A stretch of DNA of 64,000 nucleotides from the human T2T-CHM13v2.0 reference genome, Homo sapiens, in NCBI RefSeq assembly GCF_009914755.1, contig NC_060929.1. One strand, given 5' to 3'. Under the pieces are notes generated by a model. The model searched no databases. It worked only from the letters and a program-made list of their open reading frames with translations, and was not told the DNA's origin. Below, piece by piece: positions 52,901 to 64,000 of the stretch. A program made the position numbers and the translations under genes. Within the stretch, counting starts at the first letter, position 1. The number at the start of each line of letters is the position of its first letter.

Positions 52901-55296
52901 AAAAATATGACATACTGTTTCTTACAAGGCCATAGGGGTATTGAAAGCCTCTAACCTGCTTATTCAAGATCCACATGATTCCTTTCTCTTCTCTCCAAAT
53001 TCCATGATTTTAATTGCCGAATTAAGATGAACTTCATTGCCTAATCAGCTTTCCCAGGATGTTTGTGGGTTGATAATAGTTCTTGTTCTTGTCTTAATAT
53101 TCCAGGTTTGAAAAATGAGCTGGGCAACTAATGTTAACTGCTCTGATACTCATCTCTTTTACCACCTTTCCCCAGCATCACTAGTATCTGAATTGCCAAA
53201 ATTCAATTAAAACTAAAATTTATTCTTTTTATTCGAGTTGTTGCTTACAGTTTGTAGTGGACATTTTTGCCTTGTTACAGCTTAGATTCTAGTGATGATA
53301 TACTATTTTACATATAGTGTAAGAGTTTTACAACAATATGCTTTTATTTCTCATCTCCTAAATATTGTTTTAGTTTCCTGTCTTTCCTTCTACATTTTGT
53401 AAACTCCAGACATATCACATCTTTATAATTTTTGTTTAAACTCTATATTTTAAACAGTTTTAATAATTCTTAAGGAAAATTATGTTTATTCAGTGAGTTA
53501 CCATTTCTGGTCTTCCATATTCCTTTCTGTAGAGCATTCTGACAGGATTACTTTCTTTAACATTTCTTATAATACAGTGTAGTTCTGCTGATGCTATTTC
53601 CATTTAGGTTTTGTATTTTATTTCCCTTTTGTTATTCAAAGAGATTTTAGCTGTGTTTAGAATTCTTGGCTGACAATTTTCCTTTCCTTTTAGTATTTCC
53701 AAATGTTATTCCAGTATCTTTTTATTTGAATTATTACCTGTTAGAAGTCTGATATCATTCTTATCTTTCTTCTTCTGTACATGTTTTTTCTCTTTCTTTA
53801 AGATTTTAATTTTTCATTAGTTTTACTCAATTTGATTATTAAGTGCTATTGAGTACTTTTCTTCCTATTTTTATACTTGGAGGTTTCTTGCAGTTTCTAG
53901 TATTCATGATTTATGGTTTTTATCAGATTTGTAGTGTTTTGACAATGATTTCTTTAATTTTTGTCTTCTCTCATTCTTCTCTTCTTTGGAGGATTCCAAT
54001 TTTGAAGGATTCCAATCCTTCTTTGGAGGATTCCATATGTTAGGCTGCTTAATATTTTCCTAAATGATCTGATTATTTTTTAAAGTATTTTTTACACTTT
54101 GTGCTTCATTTCAGATCCTATCCTATCTACTGCTATTCTTCAATTTTATTAATTTTCTTCTGCATGATTTCATTTGATGTTGATTCTATCTGCTGTATTT
54201 TTCACCTGCATTGTGGTTTTCATCTCTAGAAGTTCAATTTAGGTCTTTTTACATATTTCATGTCTCTACTTAACAGGTTTAATATTTTATGTAGCTTTTA
54301 GATACATGTACATATTCCATGTCTCTACTTAACAGGTTTAATATTTTATTTAGCTTTTAGATATATGGAATTCAGTTATTAATGGTGGGTGTAATGTTTT
54401 TGTCAAATAATTCAATCATGTATGTCATTTTAGGGTCTGCTTTTATAGACTGATTTTTCTTCTAATAATTGGTCTTATTTTCCCATTTTTTTGATTGCCT
54501 GGAAATTATTTATTAGATGCAAAAAATGTAAACTGTACCCTGCTGAGAAATGGATAGTTCTGTATTCTTATACAAAAAACAAATGTTGACCTTTGTTACC
54601 TGACCTGGTTAAATATTAAAATAAAATAAAGTTAAAATAGATGGATTATTTTGAATCTTGCTTTTAAGCTGTTAGATGGAACCAGGACAGCATTTATTTT
54701 AGGGCAATTTTGCCCCACAATTGAGGCAATTTCCTTTTGTGGCTTTATCTAGTGCTTGATGAATTATGAGGATTTCTACTCTGGCTGTTGAGAATGGGAA
54801 ATATTGCTGTCTCTGTGTAAGTTTCATAGCTTTCAGCCTCTAATCCTTTTTGTTGGTTGTTTCCTTAAGCAGATTAATCACAAGTGTGTACTGATTAGTA
54901 CCGAGCTGGAGACTTGCATTTAACCACTAAAGCTCTTCCAAACTCTCTCTCCTTTAAGTTTTCTCTTGTCTTATTCTCTGTTATTTTTGAGCCAGTTTTG
55001 CCTCCTTATATTTCATATTTATTCCCGCAACTCAGAGAGATCCAGTGGTCTCTGTGAATCTCTTCTTGGGTTTTCTGGCCCTGCACTGTGGTCTGTAAAT
55101 TATCTGTAGGTAGTGAACTGGACAATTATAATTTTCTCATAAATTGTCTCACATCTCTTGAGATCACTGACCTTTTACCCTTGTTGCTGTAGTCTGGAAA
55201 ACCATTGCTTCAATTACTCTGTCTGGTATTTAATTGTTTTCTGGCAACAGAGTAACTCTGGTTCTTGTTACTCCATCTTGACTAGAAGTAGAAGTC
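49975..55296 (-). mobile_element. old L1M (L1MC/MD-type) ORF2-ORF1-5' end
   Basis: EN remnant (52190-52516: IKGSIYQEDI…IYAP…GGFSTSL) and 5' terminus gttactccatcttgactagaagtagaagtc. Confidence 0.85.
54251..54368. repeat. 59-bp tandem duplication (2 copies)
   Basis: acatatt(t/c)catgtctctacttaacaggtttaatattttat… at 54251 and 54310; 4 mismatches. Confidence 0.95.
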
Positions 55297-55299
55297 GTG

Positions 55300-56900
55300 G
55301 AGTTTGTACGTGGAGTCTCTTATTGGGTCTTGATAAGGAACCAATTCTTATCCATTACAGATATTTCTAGCATCATTGAAACCTCATTGGCCCAAGATAT
55401 AGGGAAGCTTCCACCATAGCTAGTCTTGTTGCAAAGTCTTTTCTTACTCTCTGCTCTACTCAAAAGAGATAAACTTGTGGGTCATGCAATAAGTGGATCA
55501 AAGCAATATTCCCATGTGCAGTGTATTCTACCTCAAAAATGGACTCAAGTCCACCAAATGCTTTGCCACTTTTGCAATGGTAGGAGGCATGGCTTGAATA
55601 ATTTTCTGCTTTTCTTTATGAGGGGTATTTTGGCATTCTCCAGTCAAGTGGATCAATACACAATTCACTGATAAGTCAGGCTCATGAATCTTCATAGTGT
55701 TTAATCTCAGACCCTCTAGCTTGTAAGCACTAGGGCATATAAATTACTTGACATTTGTTGCTCACTACATCCAATTAGCTTGATATCATTAACATAATGG
55801 ATCAACCTGATGTTTTGAGGAATATCAAGTCAGTCAAGATCCCTATAGACTATGTTATGATAGAAAACATGAGAGTTAATATAGGTTTGTGGCAAAACAG
55901 TGAATGTGTACTGCTTTTGCCTTGAAAAAACAAACTGGTATTGATTATCTCTACCAATGGGTAGGAAAGTAAGCATTAGCTCAATTAATAGCTGTATGCT
56001 GATCACCAGGTGCTGCATTAAACGTTTTCGTAAAAATTCCACATCCTGCATTGTAGCTTTGCTTGGTTGACTGAGGCTACTAGTTGATTATATTTATGCT
56101 AGTTCATTATCTACTCAAAGTACTTTTTTTCAGGGACAAAATACAATAACTATAAGATGATTTGATTGAGACTATCACTCCTACATCCTCTAAGCTTTAA
56201 TAGTAGCTCTAATCTTTGAAAGTATGCTCAAGATGCAGTTTTGTTTTTGATTTATTCTTTTGGCTCCAGTACAGAAAGTGGTTTTGGGGCCAGATACATA
56301 GAGTATTCATTCCAATTAGATATGTGGGGACTAGTATATGATTACAAAGTGAGTCCTTAGACCTGTTGGGCCTATTGTGAGACAAAATTGAACAAAAACT
56401 CCATTTATTACCCATCCTCTATAAACCTAATACATGATGTGAAGAAGCATGATGACATTTTGAGTGCTTTGGTACCAGTGCTAGCTCAGTCCTGTGGCAT
56501 GTAGTTCTGTGTCTACAAGTCTGTCTCTACAGACTCACCATACAGAGGTTACCTGGGAAATTTCAAGAACATAAGCCCGAGATTGAAGTTATTTGAAAAA
56601 CCTGGAGAATGTCTTACTTTTTCCGGTGTTGGAAAATCTCCCTTTGTCTTCTGGTGCTTCTCTTAGAAGCAAAGCTATTGACTGATAGTATTGCCTGACA
56701 GTAGCTCTTTAAGATAGTATTGAGTGAGAGCTATTGCCTGACAGTAGCTCTTTCAGACTGTTTGTCACATAGCCATGTTATTCTCTAATTGTGTAGGCTA
56801 GAATTTTTTCTGTCTTGGTGGCACCTTATAGCTACTGTTGGATTACTAAGAATAACATTTTATTTTGACTATTTCTGCATGTCCTGAACTTAGAACTGAG
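55300..56900 (-). mobile_element. ERVL-class internal region (pol RT remnant)
   Basis: Track ORF 55830-56051 QKQYTFTVLPQTYINS…HNIVYRDLD continues as LDIPQNIRLIHYVNDIKLIG, a decayed ERVL HYIDD motif at 55785-55799. Right boundary uncertain. Confidence 0.85.
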
Positions 56901-57544
56901 TGCCTTTCTTCTTGCCATGACTTCTTGGTTTGAGCCCACTCATTTTCTTATTCTTTTATTTGCCATTCCAGCAACCTCTTCACTGGTAGCATCAATCAAA
57001 GATGGAAACTAATAAAAACTATAGTCCTGAAATGTGCCTTTCACTTTCTCTCCCTACTTCAACTTCTACCATTAGCCTCTTTCTTTTGGGTGTATCTGGA
57101 GACTAAGCCACTTTTATAGGCATTCAACACAGCATTGGTTTGGGGTCTTTTAAAGATTTCATTATGCATAAAATTCACATATTGATATAGTGTTAACTCA
57201 AAAGATTATAATATATTGTGAGTCCGAAAGAAGAATCATTTACGTAAGATGCAGTTTGATATTGTCTTTGACATTCTCCATTTTCAGGAAAGTTATTTTG
57301 CCTCCTAGACCTCTTTTTAAAAATCATCTTACTTAATTGATTATTTTCAGAATAAAATTAATATATTTTGAAAAATTAATTTTATTTTAAACAGAACCAT
57401 GTATTGTGATACTGAGGATGTTTTGATTAGGGTTACTAAGTCTCAAAATAATACAAAACAAAGATAAATACTCAGATTCCGTTAACATTCATATAATGTC
57501 TTTCATTAACTTAGCTCATTATTATTATTTCTAATGATTATTTT

Positions 57545-57680
57545 TACTTAGTGAACTTGAACAGGGTTTTTTTGTCTGTTAAATAAAAGTGATACCTGTC
57601 TCCCAGGTGTACTGGGGAATTTAAATGTAAAATCGCTGAGCGCATTAAACAGCATGCCATAAGATTTCAGTATATGTTAT
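57545..57680 (+). mobile_element. MIR fragment
   Basis: tgtctgttaaataaaagtgatacctgtctcccaggtgtactggggaatttaaatg. Confidence 0.5.
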
Positions 57681-58218
57681 CTTCCTGTTTCTCTCCCTCT
57701 TCCCCCTTAATATCCAAAATGAGATCATCAATCCTGAGAGCTATTGTCTTAACTACTCAGCTTATGTTACCAGATAGTTGCATAAGGAATTTGATGATGG
57801 ACTGAAAGGCATGATTGTGAAGCCATTAAAATAAATCCCCAAATGTGCAAAATAGAAAGCAGAAGAGAGAGAAGGGAGAACTAAATTATTTCATCAATGG
57901 ATCATGTTATCTGTGTGATTGGGAGTCAAGTTTATTTCTTTATAATATTATAGACAGTTCATTAAGCCTCTTTCTTTCTGTTCTGCTAGACTATTCACTA
58001 TTAGGCTCATAAAGTCACTACCAGAGCTTTCTAATTTTTTTCCAAAAGTGTTTTTGCAGCCAGCCTTTTTATTCTATCTACATTAATAACAAATTTAGTT
58101 TCCCTGAAGCAGTTCTTCCATATACAATTCTCGCCCACCCAAACATTTATTGGTCCTCCATTCCCAACAGAATAAAATCTAAATAAGTTAGCCTCAAGAC
58201 CCTCCTAGAACATCCTAG

Positions 58219-58635
58219 TGATGTCTACCTTGTATTTGCTTCTCTAGATCCATTCTCCACTCTTTTTCAGTTACTCTTTGGCTCTGGGTGACTGATCTGC
58301 ATAAACTCCATCAATGAGACCTCCAGTGGGAAATAGAAACAAAGGAAGAGGGTCAGGTCAGGGAATTTATTTACCCAGCTTCCTCTTTTCTACAAAAAGT
58401 CATGCATCTTGTCAGGCACCCCACTCCCCAAGGCTCTCTCCTTCTGGGGTCTGGAAATTCCCACACCTCACTCCATCCTTCAGGATGAGGGGTGGAAGTG
58501 GTTTTTCCTAGCACTGGAATACTGCCATATTCTTGTGGCTTTCCTACACTCTGCACATACCTTTGTAAATGTTCCCTGTATCAAAACTCAACTCGAATAA
58601 CCCAATTTCAATGTACCATCTGTTGCCTGGCTGTT
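58219..58635 (+). mobile_element. ERVL solo LTR (LTR33-like)
   Basis: ctagatccattctccactct…ggtcagggaatttattt…cacatacctttgtaaatgttccct…tgtaccatctgttgcctg. Confidence 0.75.
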
Positions 58636-58699
58636 ATACCTCCCAAATTTATCTCATGCCATACACTCTTTTCTTTAAAGGCAGATGGTTTATTTATTG

Positions 58700-58885
58700 C
58701 AGGCATAGTGGTTCAGAGCACCCAATTTGGAATGATAAAGTATTGGGTTTGAATTCTGATTTTGCTACTTATCAGTTCAAAGGCTTTGGTCAAGTTATTC
58801 AGCTTCTCTGAGTCACAGTCTCTTCATCTATAAGACAGGAATAATAATAGTAGTCACCTTAAAGAGTTATTGTGAAAAATAAAAA
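58700..58885 (+). mobile_element. MIR SINE
   Basis: tagtggttcagagc…tgggtttgaattctg…tggtcaagttattcagcttctctgagtcacagtctcttcatctataa. Confidence 0.85.
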
Positions 58886-58929
58886 AGTTTATAGATCTTT
58901 AATAAAACAGATGCTGAAGAAATATGGTT

Positions 58930-59245
58930 TTGGCCATGAATGTTTCTTGAGCATGTATACCTCATGATTTTTGCTGCCACATCTCTTTTGCTATTTTCCC
59001 CTCCACTTAAGTTTATCAGTTTTAGGTCTAATTAAGAACCTAGTTATTCTATAATCTCTTGTGTTTCTCAATTTTTATGACTCTTGCTCCCTGGAACTCT
59101 CCTTTGTGTTTTGATTTGTATAGGTCTCCTCTCCCTAATTACATTGTTAACAATCTGATGACAAAACTTTTCATTTCCTTGTATCACCTCTAACTAGCTC
59201 AGTGTTGGGAACATAGCAGCAGCTTAACAAATATTTGCTTGGTTA
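58930..59245 (+). mobile_element. L2 3' fragment
   Basis: tagctcagtgttgggaacatagcagcagcttaacaaatatttgcttg, an L2 tail. Confidence 0.55.
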
Positions 59246-60296
59246 TTTAATTTTAATCATTTAATTTCAATTAAGGCAGGTCAATTTTATAATGCAATTA
59301 ATTTCAATTAAGGTAGATAGGCAAACTGCATAATGCAAATCTCCAGAATCGATTTTTTGATTATCACAGTGCCCATTTCAGGGTAGGTACTTATTTAATA
59401 TTTGATGATTTTTGGTAATTATTATACAGATAAATTATCTGTAATATCATCTAAGTGCCTCACTGATTACTGTGTAGACATAACCTATACCTGTAATGAG
59501 ATCCTTTTTATTAGCTATCAAAGGTTAATGATCTAAGCAGGTTAAAAAACACAAAAAGGAAATAGTATTAATGTCAATATATTTGTTATTAATTCTTTTG
59601 TCATCTTTTAAATATACCAGATTGTAGTCTCATTAGAATACTAGAACTTTGTTATATTTTATATTGTACTCACTGTGGAGTACTTATGGGTCACTCAAAT
59701 AACATTAAACTACCGAAGGGCTCAAACACAAGAATCAACTTTAGTTTCTTGTGAGCAGTGTAACTTACCACCTCTCTTTAAATATTGCATTTAATCTTGT
59801 CTTAATAAAAAAATTAAATAAAGTTATAGCCTGTAGGTGGCATTTGAGTCCACTAATCACTGTCCTGTGCTTATCTTGAATCTTTATATTGGTGATTCCA
59901 GTACAGCAGCATGTCTGTAACTAGTGTTGGCTTCTCAGTATGATGATGAAGTTTAGTGATATCTTAGACCATAAGCTACTATAAAAAATCCTCATTGAAT
60001 CTTGCCAGATTCCTGTTGGAATGCGGCAACTCCCCAAACTTCTGTCCTGTTAGTAGAAATGAAGTATAGTACAAAAAAGCAATGAGGCCTGCCTGACTGA
60101 TGTACATGTCCCTGACAGTGATCTTGGTGGTGTTTCATGGGAATTAAATGTAAGTTGATTGTGAACAGTGAGTTAGCTGATGATTAGAAAGAGTTGGGGT
60201 TGGTTTCTTTAGAGGCTAAGAGCACAATAAGATGAGTCTTGTTTGGTTTTTGATGTAACACATTAAGAGATTTAGGACTTTTAGAATTAGGATATT

Positions 60297-60417
60297 AATT
60301 GTCCTAATCACCCAAGGTAATATTTTTAAGCAATTGTCCTAATCACCCAAGGCAATTGCTTAAAAATATTACCTTCTCCTAATTGTCCTTATCACCCAAG
60401 GTAATATTTTTAAGCAA
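60297..60417. repeat. complex direct-plus-inverted local duplication
   Basis: Three copies of AATTGTCCT(A/T)ATCACCCAAGG and a perfect 23-bp inverted repeat (60314-60336 / 60353-60375). Confidence 0.95.
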
Positions 60418-61199
60418 AAGTAAATGAAAAAGTAAAAATTAAAAGATGTATTTATGTGCTGAATGACTTTATGAAGATAGTTTATTTTGTTCTTTTTATT
60501 GACATGACTTATTTTCTTCTCATACATAGCCTTTATATGAAAGAGGATGAGAGATGCCCATTTTGGAGTATTTATAGGCCTCCAAAATAAAGTTAAAGTA
60601 TAGGGGCCCAAGTACAAAAACCAGCTTTAGTATCTGGTAAGCAGTATAACTTACCACCCTTATTTAAATGTTGCCTTTAATTGTTTTGAATCTTGAACCT
60701 AAAAATCCTCAGTCAGTCTTTTACCTACTTTTTAGATTCATACAAGATGTAAAAAAGAGTCTTTGGGCAAACTCACTGTTCATTTACTTTCTGTCGTATT
60801 CACATGTACACCACTAAAATCCCTTCTTGGAAGTTGGGGAGAAGTGGGTTCATGTATAATACCCTTCCCTCTTCACCTCTCTACCTGTCAGTGTAGAAAT
60901 ATTGCAGGTACTCACAAGTATGGATATTGTCTGCTTTTGTCTAATCCACTGGTACTTGTGCTGTTTTGAATATAATCTTTGGGTTGTATTGAATGCAGAA
61001 AATGATTGCTTTTTAAAGATCCTTCATAATTGGAACCTTAGATATTTAGATCAAAATCAGTATAATATTAATCTATCCAGTTTACTCTCAAACTGTCAAA
61101 CACTTAGTTTGTCTTTGTTTTTTTGGTACCAACAATATGAATTACATTACTATTAGTTGATAAGGTTTTTCAGGTAAACAATTTGAATAAATATATGAG

Positions 61200-62210
61200 T
61201 TTTCAATTTCTGATGATATAGTGGTCCAAAGACCCTTAACAAACCTTTCACTTCAAAATAATTAGAACATTGAAAAAACATTAGCAAATATATTAAATTT
61301 TTTTTTTTACTTTGAAGTTCAGGGGTACATGTGCAGGTTTGTTACATAGGTAAACTTGAGTCATGGGAGTTTGTTGTATAGATTATTTCATCACCAAGCT
61401 ATTAATCCTGGTACTCATTAGTTATTTTTCATTATCCTCTCCCTCTTCCCACCTTCCACTCTCTGAAAGGCCCCAGTGTGTGTTGTTCCCCTGTATGTGT
61501 CCATGTGTTCTCATTATTTAGCTCTCACTTATAAGTGAGAACATGTGGTACTTGGTTTTCTGTTTCTTTGTTAGTTTGCGAAGGATAATGGCCTCCAGCT
61601 CCATCCATGTCCCTGCAAAGGACATGATTTCATTCTTTTTTATGGCTGCATAGTATTCCATGGTGTATTGAGCTGACAAGAAAATAAGGAAAATATTCAG
61701 AGACTAAAAACAGAATGTAAGCAGAAGTTCAGAAAGTTCAGCAAGCACAGAATAGCTGGCCATACTGGGGCAATTATCAATTAATGATAACTCTGAAGAT
61801 CCATTTTCAGAGGTTGGGGAAAAGAATGTAAACCCGGCCTGCATAAGTTAGGGAAACTGAAAGAAGATTATTCCCCAGAGCCAGGACCCAAAAAGCTATA
61901 TCCTCAGTAGAAGAAGACATTCACCCACCAATGGAGGTAGGAAGGACACTCCCTTGTTTCAACCATGATGGTGTAGAAAGAAGAAAGTTTGTAACTCAAA
62001 TCCTGTCCCCACATGAATTTATGGCCCAAATTCACACTCTCAATCTGGAAACATTCAACTTCATCTAAAACTTTATTTGAGGTGATATTTGATTAGGAGT
62101 ATAGCTGAAGAGCTGACAGAAACAAGAACAGATTCTTTAGTAAAGAATGCAATTTCAATCCAGGCTATAATATTTGCCAAAATGAAAGTCTACCTGAAAT
62201 TTTGAACAGA
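61200..62210 (+). mobile_element. old L1ME/HAL1-like 5' region, split by an L1PA
   Basis: A-rich decayed 5' sequence (tattgagctgacaagaaaataaggaaa…). Confidence 0.45.
61298..61668 (-). mobile_element. 5'-truncated L1PA13-like 3' end
   Basis: Poly-T then aagttcaggggtacatgtgcaggtttgttacataggtaaacttg…gtattccatggtgtat. Confidence 0.9.
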
Positions 62211-62214
62211 AAAA

Positions 62215-63767
62215 ATCTACAGTAACAGTTGGAAACCTCAATACCCCATTCTCAGCATTGGACAGAACATCTAGAGAGAAAATTAACAGAGAAACATTGG
62301 ATTTAAACTGCAGGTTAGATTAAATGGATGTAACAGACATTTACAGAGCATTTCATTCAACAGCTGCAGAATATGCTTACTTATAAGCACATGGGACATT
62401 CTCCAGGATAGACCATATGTTAGACCACAAAACAAGCTTCAACAAATTTTTTAAAATTGAAATCATGTCAAGCATCTTCTCATACCACAATGGAATAAAA
62501 CTAGAAATCAAAAACAAGAGGAAGTTTAAAAACTGTACAAATACATGGAAATTAAACAATGTGCTCCTGAATGAGCACTGTGTCCATGAAGAAATTAGGA
62601 AGATGAAAAAATTTCTTGAAACAAATGAAAATGTAAATACAATGTACCAAAACTTATGGGATACAGCAAAAGCAGTGGTAAGAAGGAAGTTTACTACAAT
62701 AAATACCTACTTCAAAAAAGTAGAAAGATTTCAAATAAACAACCTAAGGAACCTGAAGGAACTAGGAAAGTAAGAATAAATGAAACTCAGGAATTAGTAG
62801 AAATAAAGAAATAATAAAGGTCAAGAAGCAGTAAATGAAATAGACACTAAAAAGAAACACAAATAAATAAAATAAATGAAATTAAAAAGTTATTCATTTG
62901 AACAGGTAAACAAAATTGATAAACTCCTAGCTGGACTAAGCAGGAAAAGAGAGTAGACCCAAATAAGTAAAATCAGAAATGAGAAAGGAATTATTACAAC
63001 TGATACCACAGAAGTACAAAAGATCATCAGAGACCATCATGATAAACTACACACTAACATTAGAAAACCAAGAGGAAATGGATAAATAAAATCCAAGATT
63101 GATACAAGAGGACAGAGAAAACTTGAACAAGACTAATAACCAGTAAGGAGTTGGATTCGGAAGTAAAAGATCTCCCAACAAAGACAAACTCAGGACAGGA
63201 TGGCTTTAGTGCTGAATTCTACCAAACTTGTAAAGAAGAACTAACACCAAATCTTTTCAAGTGATTCCAAAAAATAAAAAATGAGAGAATTCATTCTAAC
63301 TCATTCTATGAGGCCGGCATTAGCTTGATACCAAAACCAGAGAAGGACACAACAACAAAAAAAGAAAATTACAGGCCACCATCCTTGACAAACATAGATG
63401 CCAATATCCTCAACAAAGTAGTATCAAACTGAATCCAATAACGTGTTAAAAAGATAATACACCATGCTCAACTGGGATTTATTCCAGAGATGCAAGGATG
63501 GTTCAACATATGCAAATCAATATATTGCGATTCATCGCAAAACAGAAGTAAAAACAAAAACCTTATGATCATCTCAATAGATGCAGAAAAAGCATTTGAA
63601 AAAATTCAACACCCCTTCATGATAAAAAAAACCCCTCACAACTAGGCACAGAAGTAATATACATTGAAATAATAAAGACCATATATGACAAAGCCACAGC
63701 CAACATCGTACTGAATGGGGAAAAGATGAAAACAATCCCCCTAAGAACTGAAACAAGACAAGGATCC
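62215..63767 (+). mobile_element. L1 ORF2 internal fragment (EN end to RT start)
   Basis: Track ORF 62417-62773 (LDHKTS…SYHNGIKLEI…NLWDTAKAV) plus downstream RT remnants (atgcaaggatggttcaac, atagatgcagaaaaagcatttga). Confidence 0.9.
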
Positions 63768-63770
63768 TTA

Positions 63771-63998
<228 letters not shown>

Positions 63999-64000
63999 TA

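Noticed and set aside
60297-60417. CRISPR-like repeat-spacer array
   Set aside because: Eukaryotic context, spacers are copies of each other and no cas genes are present; it is a local duplication.

Overview
This is primate (human-like) nuclear DNA. It is AT-rich, CpG-poor and mostly interspersed-repeat fossils: LINE-1 of many ages (L1PA, L1PB, L1MA/L1ME-type), L2, MIR, Alu/FLAM, MaLR (MLT1) and ERV1/ERVL LTRs, an ERVL pol remnant, and DNA transposons (hAT-Charlie, Tigger3a, MADE1). I found no host protein-coding exon, RNA gene or CpG island. Every recognisable ORF in the track is a broken L1 ORF1/ORF2/ORF0, Alu read-through or ERVL RT fragment. Most L1 sequence lies on the minus strand, which suggests (inference) a long intron of a plus-strand gene. 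I see no support for a new biological system. The most notable items are structural: an L1PA with both termini, a TSD and a large internal deletion fusing the promoter to the RT half of ORF2; a second such internally deleted L1; a tail-less L1MA fragment patched into a full-length L1PB1; a MADE1 with a perfect SETMAR core site; several template-switch scars; and repeat-free, homeodomain-motif-rich blocks that may be enhancers. Subfamily names come from my recall of consensus sequences and need RepeatMasker/Dfam confirmation. Boundaries of old repeats are approximate.
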